A stretch of 64,000 bases of DNA from Octopus sinensis (Eukaryota). The translations under genes were made by a program, and so were the position numbers. The notes beneath the pieces are model-generated. The model saw only the letters and a list, made by a program, of their open reading frames with translations, had not been told where the DNA came from and did no database searches. Location: NCBI RefSeq assembly GCF_006345805.1, contig NC_043000.1, forward strand, positions 146,072,001-146,136,000, written 5' to 3'. Below, piece by piece: positions 28,264-41,059 of the stretch (positions within the stretch are counted from its first letter, which is position 1; every line of letters starts with the position of its first letter).

Positions 28264-28297
<34 letters not shown>

Positions 28298-28360
28298 AGC
28301 AAACAATCAGGCAGATATGTAAACACACATATATGTGCGTATATGTGTGTGTGTGTGTGA
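26640..28360. repeat. 1.7-kb (TA)n/(TATG)n field with two copies of a 58-bp unique island (27226-27283, 27600-27658)
   Basis: GGCGGTGCCCCAGCATGGCCACAGCTCATAAGCTGAAACTAGAATCAATCAATCAATC twice, 374 bp apart. Confidence 0.95.
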
Positions 28361-28659
28361 CTGTATACAATATTATTTCCTATAAACATACGCTGTATAA
28401 ACACAATAAACATTCACTGATTTCGTACCGAACATAAATGTATAACTCTCATAGATAAAGTAAAAAAAAAAACTGTGAATGTTTTTGTTTGAAACTTTCG
28501 TCTGTGTTTATGCTTGTCATAAAGTCTGTTTATTGCCAAAACGTTTAAATTATTAGAGAGCAGCAGCAGTCACAAAATTAAGGAAGATCATGAGTGTTTT
28601 TGGACAGACATCTGCTTCCGATTACAATAGTAGATAATACGTTTCACTGAACATTTTAA

Positions 28660-29295
28660 TATCGGTTTCAAATTTTGAAACGAGATCAGAAATTTCGGGG
28701 AAGGGATATGTTGATTACATCGACCCCATTCCTCGACTGGTAGTTATTTCATCGACCTCGATAGTATGAAAAGCCAAGTTGACCTTGGCGGCATTTGATC
28801 TCAGGAGTTAAAGAGGGAAGAAATGCCGCTGAGCATTTTCCCGTCACTCTAACGATTCTGCTAGCTCGAAGCCTTACTGGACATTTCGATATTGAATGCA
28901 AACTTTAGTGCAAGGGCAGCAAGTTCGAGAGTTCAACTGCTATTCATTTTATCGACTCCGAAACGATGAAATGTGAAGTAGATCTCGACGAGATTTTAAC
29001 TCAAAACGTGAAAACGGACGAAATTCCGCTAAGCATTTTGCTCAGCCCTCTAAAGGATTCTGCCAGCTCGGCGCCTAATGATTTTTTCATATGTTTCAAA
29101 ATTTGGCGCACGGTTAGAAACTTTGAGGAGAGTACATCTCAATTAGATCGATCCCAGCGCGCAACTCTTATTTTATTGATCCCGTTAGGATGAAACCAAA
29201 GTCGACCTCAACGGATTGTGAACTCATTGTGAGAACGGACATAATGCCGCCAAGCATTTTGTCCGGTGTGCTAACAATTCTACCAGCCTTAGAGA
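28660..29295 (-). mobile_element. Three tandem degenerate SINE B copies
   Basis: Three successive ...CGACCTCGGCGGAATTTGAACTC...CTGCCAGCTCG-like blocks at ~28660-28880, 28890-29075, 29090-29290. Confidence 0.75.
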
Positions 29296-29384
29296 AAAGA
29301 GGGAAGACAGAGAGGAAAAGGAAAAAATAAGAAAAGGAAACAAGTAATAAGAGTGGAAAGGAAAGAATATTCACAGCGACAATG

Positions 29385-30690
29385 CTCTTCTCAGTACTCA
29401 ATACATGTGATGTACCAGTGAAGACAATCTTTTACACTTCCTGCATGGATCGCACGCCAGGGATCATTCTTAAATAATTTTCAATTCCTTTTTTGATTTT
29501 GATCATTCTAAGTGCTCCTATAGTGACTGGTATTGTAACCGTCTTCAGATGCCAGATCTTTTTGATTTCGATTAGCAAATCTTTATATTTTCTGAACTTG
29601 TCAAATTCTTTTGCCGAGATATTATTTTCACAAGGTATACTCATGTCAATTAACAGGCTTTATTCTTTTGGTCTTTCATAGCAATTTCTGGTGTACTTGC
29701 TTTGATGGTCCGGTCTGTACCATCAAAGTCCCAAAGAAATCTGGGAAGCACCAAAGAATAGTTACATCTTTTCCCTCAGGGTGGTGCTTGTACCATTTGC
29801 CAGCAGTTTCGATTTTATAATGCCGACACTTTATCTAAGATAGATATGGCCAACTATGCCATGTCTTATTTACATTATTTACATTTGACGGATATTTACT
29901 GTCATCTTGTTTGCTGTTAACACAACGTTTTGGATGATATAGCCTCCCGCCTTCATAAGGTGTCTTGGGGAAATTTCGAACCTGGGTTCTCATTCCTAAG
30001 GTATTTTTTCGGTGTTACTATAATTAGTAATCGTATTCAGGCCACTGCCTGGAATCGAACACGGAGTCTTGGGGTTAGTAACCCGCACTTTTAACCATCT
30101 CTCTTGTCGGAGATTTCAAATTGGATCAAGCCTCGACCTCCTTGAGCTCTGGAGAGGTAAAGATGATCTGTGTCTGCCTTTGGGTGGTGCATTTTATTGC
30201 AAGTGAACAGCTTGCAGATTTTCCTGTCAATCTTCCTTATTTATCACATATTCCAGTTCAACACATTGAAACTGTAAATAACAACCGGAACGGCTTAGGA
30301 ATTTATAGATAACATCTTGTTACGCGCATTTAACTCGGATTTTAGAACTGCTCGAACTCTCCTGTAACACTCCTGCCTGATCTTCTCTTTCATACTTGAA
30401 TGCTGAATGCCAGAGCCCTCATTTATTCCGACGTATTTGTATGTTTGTTCCTGCTCGAGTACTTTTATTACTGTGTCAACATCCAACACCACTGACTGTG
30501 AGGTCTTCTGTTTCCATTTCTTGAATGTGGACTTGGCACATTCATCAAGACTAAATTCCATCCAATGTCATCACTGAATGCTTTCACATGTCCTTCAAGT
30601 TCATTATTGTCTTTGCCATAGTTTTAAGTCATCCATATATAAGAGAATAATTATTTTCTTGTCGCCAATTTTATATCCATACCCTGTTCT
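29385..30690 (-). mobile_element. R4/Dong-clade non-LTR retrotransposon, 5'-truncated, internally deleted and interrupted
   Basis: LLYMDDLKL, MEFSLDECAK, YKYVGINE, MHHPKADTDHLYLSRAQGGRGLIQ and RLE-type IDMSIPCENNISAKEFDKFRKYKDLLIEI...IPVTIGAL; 5' end abuts (AAC/AAT/CAT)n at 30690-30770. Confidence 0.85.
29866..30098 (-). mobile_element. tRNA-headed SINE with hammerhead-like 3' body (family H), HHR core mutated
   Basis: B box GTGTTCGATTCC, AAT-like linker, body TACCTTAGGAATGAGAACCCAGG, GACAC-CTTATGA-A-GGCGG...CATCC-AAA-ACGT-T-GTGTT, tail AATGTAAATAATGTAAATAA. Confidence 0.8.
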
Positions 30691-30735
30691 GTTGTTGTTG
30701 TTATTATTATTATTATTAATATAATCATCATTATT

Positions 30736-30770
<35 letters not shown>

Positions 30771-31104
30771 AACAAGTTGCGAGGGGTATTTGAGTTCAGG
30801 TTTTGTAATTTAGTAAAACAACTGAACTTTAGCAAAAAAACTGAAATTATTCCCATAAGATATGTCTATGTTCATAATAAACATTCTTCTAAGATCACTC
30901 TAAATTTCTGCTTTCTTCTTTGATGACTGTCACTATGTGGGGCAAGAATTTTTTATCTGCTTTCCATAAAAGATCCTTACACGTTTCAAACATCAACAGC
31001 ACAATGTTGAGATTCAACGAAGTTATGGTATTTGTGGATGTCGATTAGTCTTCCTTTCAACAATGCTCCAGTTATAGTTGCAGATGGGATTTAAATCTGG
31101 CGCG

Positions 31105-31525
31105 TTTATTTCTTTATTGTCCACAATAGGCTCTAGCATAGAGGGGAAAAACAAGCACAGGCAAACGGATTAAGTCGATTACAGCGACCCCAGTGTGTAA
31201 CTGGTACTTAATTTCTTTACCCCGAAAGGATGAAAGGCAAAGGCGACCTCGGCGGAATTTGAACTCAGAACGTAGCGGCAGACGAAATACCTATTTCTTT
31301 ACTACCCACAAGGGGCTAAACACAGAGAGGACAAACAAGGACAGACAAACGGATTAAGTCGATTACATCGACCCCAGTGCGTAACTGGTACTTATTTAAT
31401 CGACCCCGAAAGGATGAAAGGCAAAGTCGACCTCAGCGGAATGTGAACTCAGAGCGTAACGGCAGACGAGATAACGCTAAGCATTTCGCCCGACGTGCTA
31501 ACGTTTGAAACAACTCGCCGCCTTA
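31105..31525 (-). mobile_element. SINE B dimer (full copy joined to a 5'-truncated copy at GAAATAC|C, 31290/31291)
   Basis: Two colinear copies read directly. Confidence 0.9.
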
Positions 31526-31539
31526 TTTGGCGTGTTTCT

Positions 31540-32330
31540 GTATTTCAAGTTTAACATTACATGATCGTAAAGACTGGGTTACATCATCTTGGGCTGCATA
31601 GGGTCTGTTAGAAGTATTGGAGCCTTGGTGAAATATGAATGCGTACTTCAACTCAGGGCTTGATACATTTCTGCAGTACTTTAGCGTATCTTATAGCATT
31701 AATTCTGAAACTCTTCAAAAGTTAAGAAGAATCATGACAGGACTTCCCTTATCTCTCCTAAAACCATGACAGTTGCCTCACTCTCAGAACATCAGAAGTT
31801 TCTGTACATAAACTTCTGTCGTTTTATCTTTTAGATTTTGTGTCTTGGTCGAAGTTTTTCTCATCAGAGAAGTACCAAAGCATGTCATGGTCATAAGGAT
31901 TATAACCTTTGCTAAGTAACTACTCCAAACGGATCAAACGGTTTTCGTGTATCTCAGCAAGCACGAATTGGATTCTCCTCAGAACATACTTGTATCGAAT
32001 GTCCTCGGGTAACACATTTGTGATAATCCACTCAGACACAAATTTCTTTGGTTATGGCCCTTGTTGATTGTTTCTCATCCGTAATGTTTAGTATACTTTG
32101 GCTGAATTGCGATGTCCTTATAATGTCCGAAACCTTAACATGATTGTTTTTCTCTTCGATATATCACCACCATTCCGTCCAATCTCTGTGTACAAAATAT
32201 CTTGCAATATTTAGAAAGTTATCAATTTCTAAATATCTGGATTCCGCACACACCTCAACAATGATTGCGTGTCTTTTCATTTCTAGTGTTAGAATTTTAT
32301 CTGGCATGAAGAATGGATGGATGCTTGTGT
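31540..32330 (-). pseudogene. maT/DD37D-like Tc1-mariner transposase remnant
   Basis: MKRHAIIV, VSEWIITNVLPEDIRYKY, DMLWYFSDEKNFDQD, ATVMVLG; multiple stops and frameshifts. Confidence 0.8.
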
Positions 32331-32896
32331 ATTTCTTAAATGTGTCTAATGCCGAAGCCAAGCGCTCGGCTAATCCTATCTCTGAGGCTTTGTTTCTTAT
32401 ACCGAGTATTATAAATTTCATTTACATATTATACAAATGCTCGTAAAGCAACTAGAAACTTGCGACCACACGTTTCTTTTTTCCATTGGCACAATATGTT
32501 GAATTTGCTATACGGGATGGAATTGAAATTGATATTAGACTAGTGGAATTGATAAGATTCAGTAGTCTTGTTATGCCGAGAGAGAAAAACTGGTGGAGGT
32601 ATAAGATTAGTGATGAGTATAACTCTTGTTCGGCTTGACGTGTTGTGTTGTTTGAAATAAATGATAATCTGATACAGATAACATAAATACAACCAAACTT
32701 CGAATACGATATTGCCTCCAAATAAAACGAAGTTGTTACATTTTTTTAGAACGCACCTCCGGGATATGCATGATTATAACTTCAGACATAATAGTGTGTT
32801 TACCTACTGAACATTGACAGTTGGAATTATCTCTAACATTGTGGCACAGCGTGGTTTTATATACCACGTTTGGAAATCAATTTAGTTTTATATACA

Positions 32897-32931
<35 letters not shown>

Positions 32932-35104
32932 TCTTTAGATGAATGTTAATTAAACAACTGATGGTGATAATACAGTGACAATAAAATATTTCCCTGTTTC
33001 TGAAATATTGTGCTTTCTATTTAGTCTTTTCTTTCATTCTTTCAAATCTTTGAAAGGATAAACGTAAATTTTTTCATGAATTCATTTGTCACTCTTTCCA
33101 GCAGCTCTACGTTAGTTTCTCTTTCTTTTCCTAGACAACGTCTGAGATTAAACAAAATTACTATTAAAACAATGTATTGTTCAAATAAATGGAAATATTA
33201 TATATTTATAACTTTTGTTAATAGTGTCCCCAACATTTCATGTAAGATGTAGAAAATAGTTCAGTTGATAGACTATATGATCGAAATGGCGTGGAAAGCC
33301 ACCTCTGTATGCAAAATACAATGTATCAATGAAATTTCTTCTAAAAATCAACCTCACCAAAATGTATAAAATATAGTCTCAACAAAGATGGCTACAGTAG
33401 TTTTAAACAAGAATAAAAGAAAAAGGAGAATAAAGAAATTTCTAGGAGCCTTTGTTTCTCCGATACCAACTAAGTGTAATTAATTACACAAACATTCCAA
33501 AACTCTAAAGAAAGGAAGCCGAGAAAACAAATATTTACATTTATACAGACAATACAACAGCAGTATATTATTTTTATGCTTACTCTATTTCCTTCTTGAG
33601 AGGAGTTAAATAAATAATAAATAAAAAATAATACCTTAACCATTGTATTTGATCCTTAATGAAATTATAATTTTAGATGTTTTACTTAATTTTGATACTG
33701 ATGAAAATGTGTGTTTTTTCTTTTCATTCTTCCCAGGAAACAAAAACTGACGTAATCATCATTCAAGGTTATTTTCAACTTAACCTTGTATTTGCAAGCT
33801 TAATTTAAAATTATTTGGAAAGGAAACATTGTTTATTGATTATTTTCTTATACGAAATCTTTCAACTCTGTCTCTGCGTCTTGAAATTTAAAACAGTGTA
33901 TTTGAATTTTACTATATTATATAGGATTAAATTTGCTGTTATGTTACTCTGGAGTTTCTCAGTTAGCCAGAAGTTCAAACATTTTCTACATCGTAGTTTA
34001 CATAACTGAGTTGTGAGCTGAATATTTAGAATAATTTTGAATCTCTAATATGCCTATTCACTTTGGAAAATAATGCAGTTAATAGAGAGGGGAATAACTG
34101 ACTCCTTCCACCCCATCACTGTGTAGCCTTGTTGCTAATTAAGATATTAATATGCGTTTATTCTAGATTTTTTGGTTTAAATTATTTGGTTTTATTTATT
34201 GACATGTTTGCTCTTCCAAAACACTTGTTGTATAAAACATTGAGAAGGTTTGTTTATTACCAAATTTAATGCTTTATTTAACAATTATAAAGGCAGGATA
34301 CAATTTCTCGCAAAAAATAATTATTGGTAACATTCAGAAAACAAAAATCATGAATAATGCTTAAAATGAAACCGTTATAATTTGGAGAAGGAAGCAAATA
34401 TAACCATTATTCCTTCCCTGATCTTAGTCACTATGGCTGATATCTAATATCATAGAATAAACTAATTATTAACCATGTTACCGCATAAAAATATAGCTAT
34501 TTTTGATACTCTTTTTTTTTTGCCATATGTATTTTTAAAGCGTTGCCCTATTTTCCCTGATTGTCTTTCAAATTTGATAGTTTACAACATAAAATTACTT
34601 GAATAGTATTAGCTATTCCTCCTTTGTGCCATCAATGAATGCATGTTATTTTGGTTTCTTTAGCAAAATTTGCAAATGGAAACAACTAACTACTCATAGT
34701 TGATTGCTCGGGGTATAGGAAAGTTATTTAACTGTAAAATGACATGTTCCAACTCTTAATTTCCAAATATGCAAATTCGTAAAGGTTGGCCTACCCATTG
34801 ACAAATGCAAGTTTATGCGTAAAATAGTATAGCGTTGTAAGGGGTTCCTTTTTTTTATTAAATATTTTAACACACTTCATTAGATGAAATTATGTTCAAA
34901 ATGCGAAATGGTATGAAGCGTTGGATACATTTTCTATTATACACAGTTGAGTGACGTCGAATACAAGCCTTGAGCGTCAAATAAATGCCCTGCAACAATT
35001 CCTCCGGCACTTTACCCTGTGAGTTCTAATCTCGGTAGGGGCAGCTTCTCTCACTAATATGTCCGAGATTGATAACGTTCAAATCACGTCCTAGAACCGG
35101 TACT

Positions 35105-35480
35105 TCTCTCTCGTTTTACCTAGCTTTCTCTCCCTCTCTCTTTTTTCTTTCTCTCCCTCTCTCGTTAGACCTAGCTCTCTCTCTCCCTCTCCCTCCTTCT
35201 ATTTCTCTCTCTCCCTCTCCCTCTTTCTCTTTCTCTCTCTCTCCCTCTCCCTCTTTCTCTTTCTCTCTCTCCCTCTCCCTCTTTCTCTTTCTCTCTCTCC
35301 CTCTCTCTTTTTTCTTTCTCTCCCTCTCTCTTTTTTCTCTCTCTCCCTCTCCCTCTTTCTTTTTCTCTCTCTCTCTTTAACTCTCACTCTCTTACTCGAT
35401 TTCTAGTTCTTTCTCCATGTCTCTGTTTCTCTATCCCTTGGTCTGTCAGTCTCTCTAACCCTCTCTTTCTCCTCTCTCTC
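35105..35480. repeat. (CT)n polypyrimidine tract
   Basis: Read directly. Confidence 0.95.
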
Positions 35481-36230
35481 CTTCCCATAGAATCACGACA
35501 ATCATTGTGTAAGAATTGTTAGGCACCACGCAGAGAGTGTCTCACATTCTTTTTGTAAGTGTGTGTGTGAGAGAGAGATAGAGAAGTCTTACCAAACTCT
35601 TCGCATATGTCATACTACAACAATAGTTTAAGGGCAATAGAGATGGTCCGATGTACACAAATCAAATGCTCTACGGTATGGAACGTTTTAAAAGGAAGAT
35701 TATACGTCCGGTATATGACGATTCATTTAACTCACATAAATTGTATGCAAACAAATTCAAGTGCTTCATATCTTTTATGACCTACTGACTTCATGATGGA
35801 AATACTTTAATATAATTAAAGATAGAACGTGTTTGTGATATTAAAGAGTGAAACATATGCATTCAAATTATTTGTTTTTAATTTTCAATGTATCCAGAAG
35901 AATAATTTCCATTTAAGTGCCATGTTTAAATTGGAGTAATTTCATGACTATTTTGAATCAATATGATGAGTTGTATACAGACTAATTGTAAATTACTCAT
36001 TTCTCAGTTGCCTTTGGTTTGATTTATATTTTTGTTTCCTCTTTATTTCTTTTGATAACTCTGAGTAGTGAAAATGCTCTCTTATATTACCATTGATTAC
36101 TCTGGGAAACATTGACGAATGTTCAAGCAGAATGTTCAACTAACGGTATGTTTCCAAGACTGTTATTTCAGGAATGCTAATTGTTGAAGGCCCCTGCACC
36201 ATTTGCGCTCCCTTTGATGCTGAGAGTAAC

Positions 36231-36455
36231 CTATTTCTTTACTACCCACAAGGGGCTAAACACAGAAGGGACAAACAAGGACAGACAAACGGATTAAGTC
36301 GATTATATCGACCCCAGTACGTAACTAGTACTTAATTTATCGACCCCGAAAGGATGAAAGGCAAAGTCGACCTCGGCGGAATTTGAACTCTGAACGTAGC
36401 GGCAGACGAAATACCGCTACGCATTTCACCCGGCGTGCTAACGTTTCTGCCAGCT
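36231..36455 (-). mobile_element. SINE B with target-site duplication GCTGAGAGTAA (36219-36229 / 36453-36463)
   Basis: Near-consensus copy with the same 11-mer on both sides, the hallmark of TPRT insertion; the first 3 nt overlap the SINE end. Confidence 0.9.
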
Positions 36456-36647
36456 GAGAGTAATCGTGACACGTTACGCCTTGGACTAAAATCCAGAATA
36501 TTAAAGAAGAATCGTGAAATGAATTTCAGTGAAACTGAAAGTCACAAAAACAGGTAAATTTCATACTCCTACCTCTTGCTTGCAGCTTTTATTTAGATTA
36601 TAATATTATTTAAATATTGGAATGTACGATAAAACATAATTTAAATA

Positions 36648-36882
36648 TATTTCTTTATTGCCCACAAGGAGCTACACATAGAGGGGACAAACAAGGACAG
36701 ACGAACGGATTAAGTAGATTCTATCGACCCCAGTACGTAACTGGTACTTAATTTATCGACCCCGAAAATATGAAAGGCAAAGTCGACCTCGGCGGAATTT
36801 GAACTCAGAACGTAAAGGGCAGACGAAATACGGCTACGCATTTCGCCCGGCGTGCTAACGTTTCTGCCAGCTCGCCGCCTTG
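36648..36882 (-). mobile_element. SINE family B, full length
   Basis: Ends CTGCCAGCTCGCCGCCTT. Confidence 0.9.
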
Positions 36883-39035
36883 ATAATTTAAATATCCCAT
36901 TCCTACGTACGTTTCAAGATTGCAGTTATTTGGAATATAAGTCACGGACCGTTAGCTCTGTTCACTGCTACACTACATATGCAAAGTTACGATACCTCAT
37001 GTTTTACTAACGCTATCACTTATTTTATTGATTAAACAATGACTTAATATTAGACAACAGAAGTTGAATTTACGACAGAACACTCGTATTTGAACTAGAT
37101 TTGTTGGGAAAGCAGCCGTCTGCCTCTAATTAAACCTTATCAGTTTAAAAAAGATGACACAGGGCAATGTATCCGAATCTAAGATAAATTACTCACATAC
37201 AAAAAAAGCATCAGAGGATGACCAGGCGTCAAGAGCTTTTGATTATAAGTCAGCTCACTCAGAGCTGAACAGTGGCTAAACAAGAAAATATTTTGGCTTT
37301 CAGCAAAATTTAACTAAATATTTAAAAATTCACTCATGCTTACAACTCGTTAAATTTAATACGTTGCGATCATATTTACTCCTACATAATCTTTTTACGA
37401 TGTTTCGGGCTCTAGTTTCTGTGCAGCCAGGTGATGCTGTTTGCTTTCACATCCCAGCAGTTGATTATATTGGCACCAGTAGTAGGTAGACAGAGTACGG
37501 GTGAATGGATAAGAAATACCCTTCGAAATCAGAATATTTAGGATTTGATCCAATTGCGCAGCATCGTGAGCAGGTGCCTTTTAGCGTTGCTTCAGGTCAT
37601 CTAAATCCTAACACGTGACCTTTCTGTTTCAGGGAATTGTGTGAAAGCCTATAGATAAGATTGCATCTACTTTTCAGGCTATGTACTTGTCAAACACTGA
37701 GTCATCCTGGTTCTACCAGAGAATTAGACGTTTTTTTTTTAATACTCAGACACATATGCTAACAAATTGAGCAGTACTTCTGGTTAAACAACTGAACCTA
37801 CTCCGTTAACACCGGCGAAGCTGTCGTAATAAACTGCATCCATTGTATGCGCTGCACATTACTTAAAACGTAAGGTTTTGTAAACATCAAAAACTATATA
37901 AATAAATCGAATGAAAATTTAGAAACCATAAAACAACCATGTTGTTATCCTTAGATTCTTCCAATTATATAGTGAAGTCATATCATCCAGAGGTCTACTT
38001 TAAATTTTATCACATCATGTTCTATGAATAAAATATCAGTAATACACTGAGTTTTATTTCTTTGATTGCTCTGTTATAAAATATTTGTTCTGTATTGATG
38101 TAAGAAATCAATACAAATATTGTTCGATCGCTTAACGAAATCAATATTTGTAAAGAAATCAGTATTTGTATTAAACAATCAATATTTTTATAAAGTTTGG
38201 GTTTCAAGCATTTTTCTTCATTGCTTTATTATTTTTGTTGTTATGTTGTTTTCTATGATCGTTTGTTATTTATTGATTCTCAATTTAAATAAGAATGTGT
38301 GTAAAAACAAATGAGTAGAAGACAGAATACATTTAGTGTGCAAGCGAAACTTTGCGTATATTACCCATGCAACAGTGTTTACTAAGAATATTGATTTTTC
38401 GTGGAGGCACAAATCACGAGATATTGAAGATGGTTGAACATTAAATCAACCACTTACATAACAGGTACCCATTTTATTGCCCCGGTAATGCTGCATAACA
38501 AATATTGGTTCCAGCTTTCGATAATTAGATTAATTAGAGGACAAGGAATATATAGGTTACAAGGAAGCTGTAGTTTTTTGAGTAGATCTCTGTTTATCAT
38601 TCATAATATTTTATCCAACACAAGGATACTATCGAAATGACAGCGTTTGAAATGACCTACGTGCTATACTGCACAAGTTCTACCGTGATTGTCATCCTCT
38701 TTCCTGTCTAAACATTAGATAGATTGAAATAGTTGCAGTAGCATTAGAAATTACGTTAATGTTTTAAGATATTTAGTTGCTGCAGACTCCTACATGACGA
38801 GTTCAAATCCTGTCAAGGTGAACTTTGTGCCTCAGAGAGTAATACAAAGTGTAAATCAAGTGAAAACCATACTTTTTCAAAACGGTTAGTAAGCCTCCAC
38901 TACCTCATTCATGCATACAATAAATATCTCTGATAGGTAGAAGTTATAACGGATTCAAGCAGCATTCCCTGAGATGAAGAGATTCTTAACAGGTGAGGTA
39001 ATTATGAGCATACACAGCTAATATAAAATAACATG

Positions 39036-39460
39036 AAATAAATAGGGAATACGAAACGAGTTGCCTATGGATACCGTATTTATTACAACGAGAGGCTTGT
39101 AAACGTATCTAACGAGCGAAAGCGAGTTAGATACGTTTACGAGCCACGAGTTGTAATAAATACGGTATCCATAGGGAATGAGTTTGGTATTTTATTTATT
39201 ACACACGAATAAACGACCATATTTTATTAACCCAATAACTAAATTCTTCACGTTTAGTTGTAACTTATGAATGACAAAAGTAGTGCCGTCACCGTGACCT
39301 CAGGTCATCACCATGGATTGACCAATCAGAAGCAGCGCTGTCACCGTGACCTCGGGTCATCACCATGGATTGACCAATCAGAAGCAGCGCTCGCAGTATC
39401 TGACATATGTTAGATACCAAAAATATCTCAAAGTGTTCTCACTCACATGTGTGTAATAAT
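39036..39460. mobile_element. Fold-back non-coding element with long hairpin and a 52-bp tandem duplication; probable non-autonomous DNA element (Crypton-like, unverified)
   Basis: Inverted repeat 39064-39175 with loop GAGCGAAAGCGA; TTATTACACA (~39196) and TGTGTAATAA (~39451) are inverted; duplication 39288-39339/39340-39391. Confidence 0.5.
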
Positions 39461-40551
39461 TTTAAGATATGAAAACATTTAATTGCGGACTATAACAAGT
39501 TTTGAAACAAACATAATCTGACCTATTTTTCAACGCCGCAGATGAATTTTTATCTCGGTTTAATATTGTGAGTATTCTCATCCAAATGTATTTCTTTAAA
39601 TAAACTTCTCTCCATTCAGCGTTGCTTACAAGTACCCGTAGACAACTCTTACCCTTTTTATTAGACAAATTAAGAATATAACATGTAGAGCACTAAGAAA
39701 CCATCCGTCAAACCTCCAATTCAAAAAGCATGGCGAGAGCCTCTGTTTATCTCAGAACACTTTTTTTCACATTGATTGTGCCTATTGTTAAATAATCCAA
39801 ATCTGTTTGGAGTCGTTAAAAACTAAACAATGTTGAGGAGGCCAACCAAGTCCGAAATACATCATCAGAGACCGAAAGATGGATAATATGGACTTGTTTT
39901 GTCATTATATTAATTCTATTTTGAGCTTCTAAATTTCGAAGTATTATCTAAGAAAGCAAAGAAATGCCGTTATACAGCTTTCCGAACTAACTTCCTCTTC
40001 ACTATGTGTGTATGAGAGTGAATGTATATGCGTGTGTGTTTTTATTGAAGAAGTAGTAAATTAAAGTAACAGACTATTGATTATTTCTGAACATAACGAT
40101 CCATTCTGAAGTCGAGTAGAAAAACAAACGAGAAATCCATACATTTATACTGAGGACAAATATGGAAATAGCTAGAAAAAAAGAATAACCAAATGAATAT
40201 CATTAAGATGAAAAGGTTTTCAGATGTGTATAAATTTAGGAAAAGAACACTTCTTTCACAGTATATATATATATATATATATATATATACAAGTAGTAGC
40301 GTGCGCGTAGGTGAGTGTGTGCAGGTTTGTGTGTGTGTTTGAACTTAAAATTAAGTATAAATTTTGATTATGGTTATGGGTGGATGAGTGAAGCCCTTAG
40401 TAAATATTCTGTTGTTATTTAAAATTACCTTATTACCTTTAAAGTAATAACCCTTATTTAACACACAAACACACATACATACAATGATATACCCAAACAC
40501 TTCCATGCATAAACTATATATATATATATGTATATATGTATGTATGTATGT

Positions 40552-40595
<44 letters not shown>

Positions 40596-40599
<4 letters not shown>

Positions 40600-40860
40600 A
40601 TCCAAACAAGAAAACACAGAAAAAAAGGGGAAAAAAAGAAAAAACACAGCAACGGAGGACGTGGAACAATTAAAGTATTATTGACGCTCAGGAAAGAAAG
40701 GAAGGAGGGTTTAACGTTTCGAGCGGAGCTCTTCGTCGGAAACAAGGAGAAGGAAAGGTCCCAAGGAGGGAAGACAGAGGAGACAATATTTGAGCTGGTG
40801 GTGCTTAAGAGATCACATGTTGAAGAGAACAGAATTTGGAGGTAGTTGAAAAATGGTTTT
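40596..40860 (-). mobile_element. PLE-terminal-repeat-like element carrying a hammerhead motif, 3' end abutting (TA)n
   Basis: Contains the HHR at 40709-40743 and ACGCTCAGGAA, shared with 55946-56128. Confidence 0.6.
40709..40743 (-). ncRNA. Minimal type I hammerhead ribozyme motif, variant core CCGACGA
   Basis: GTTT-CCGACGA-A-GAGC(TCC)GCTC-GAA-ACGT-T-AAAC: stems I and II perfect, palindromic stem III. Confidence 0.7.
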
Positions 40861-41059
40861 ATAATGCAAGAGAGTTCCAAAAAAAGGGAATGCCTGTGTG
40901 TGTGTGTGTGTGTGTGTGTGTGCAAGAGGACAAGTGTGTTTGTGCGTGCGTGTGTGTGTGTGTGTATTTTTTGGTGAATAGATAATGACAAAGCCAGCTG
41001 TGGTGATGACTACTAGCTGTTTGTGTCAAGGTAGGTCAAAGACAGGTCAAAAAACATCA

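Noticed and set aside
30915-30955. TTGATGA-CTGTCAC-TAT-GTGGGGCAA-GAATT as a decayed hammerhead
   Set aside because: C3 missing, weak stem II, no clear stems I or III; cannot be supported without a family consensus.
36497-36553. 57-nt plus-strand exon candidate ending CAG|GTAAAT
   Set aside because: Acceptor lacks a polypyrimidine tract and the peptide is unrecognisable.
37420-37620. Possible Tc1/mariner C-terminal relic (APAH, HPYS) on the minus strand
   Set aside because: Only two short motif echoes; too degraded to support.
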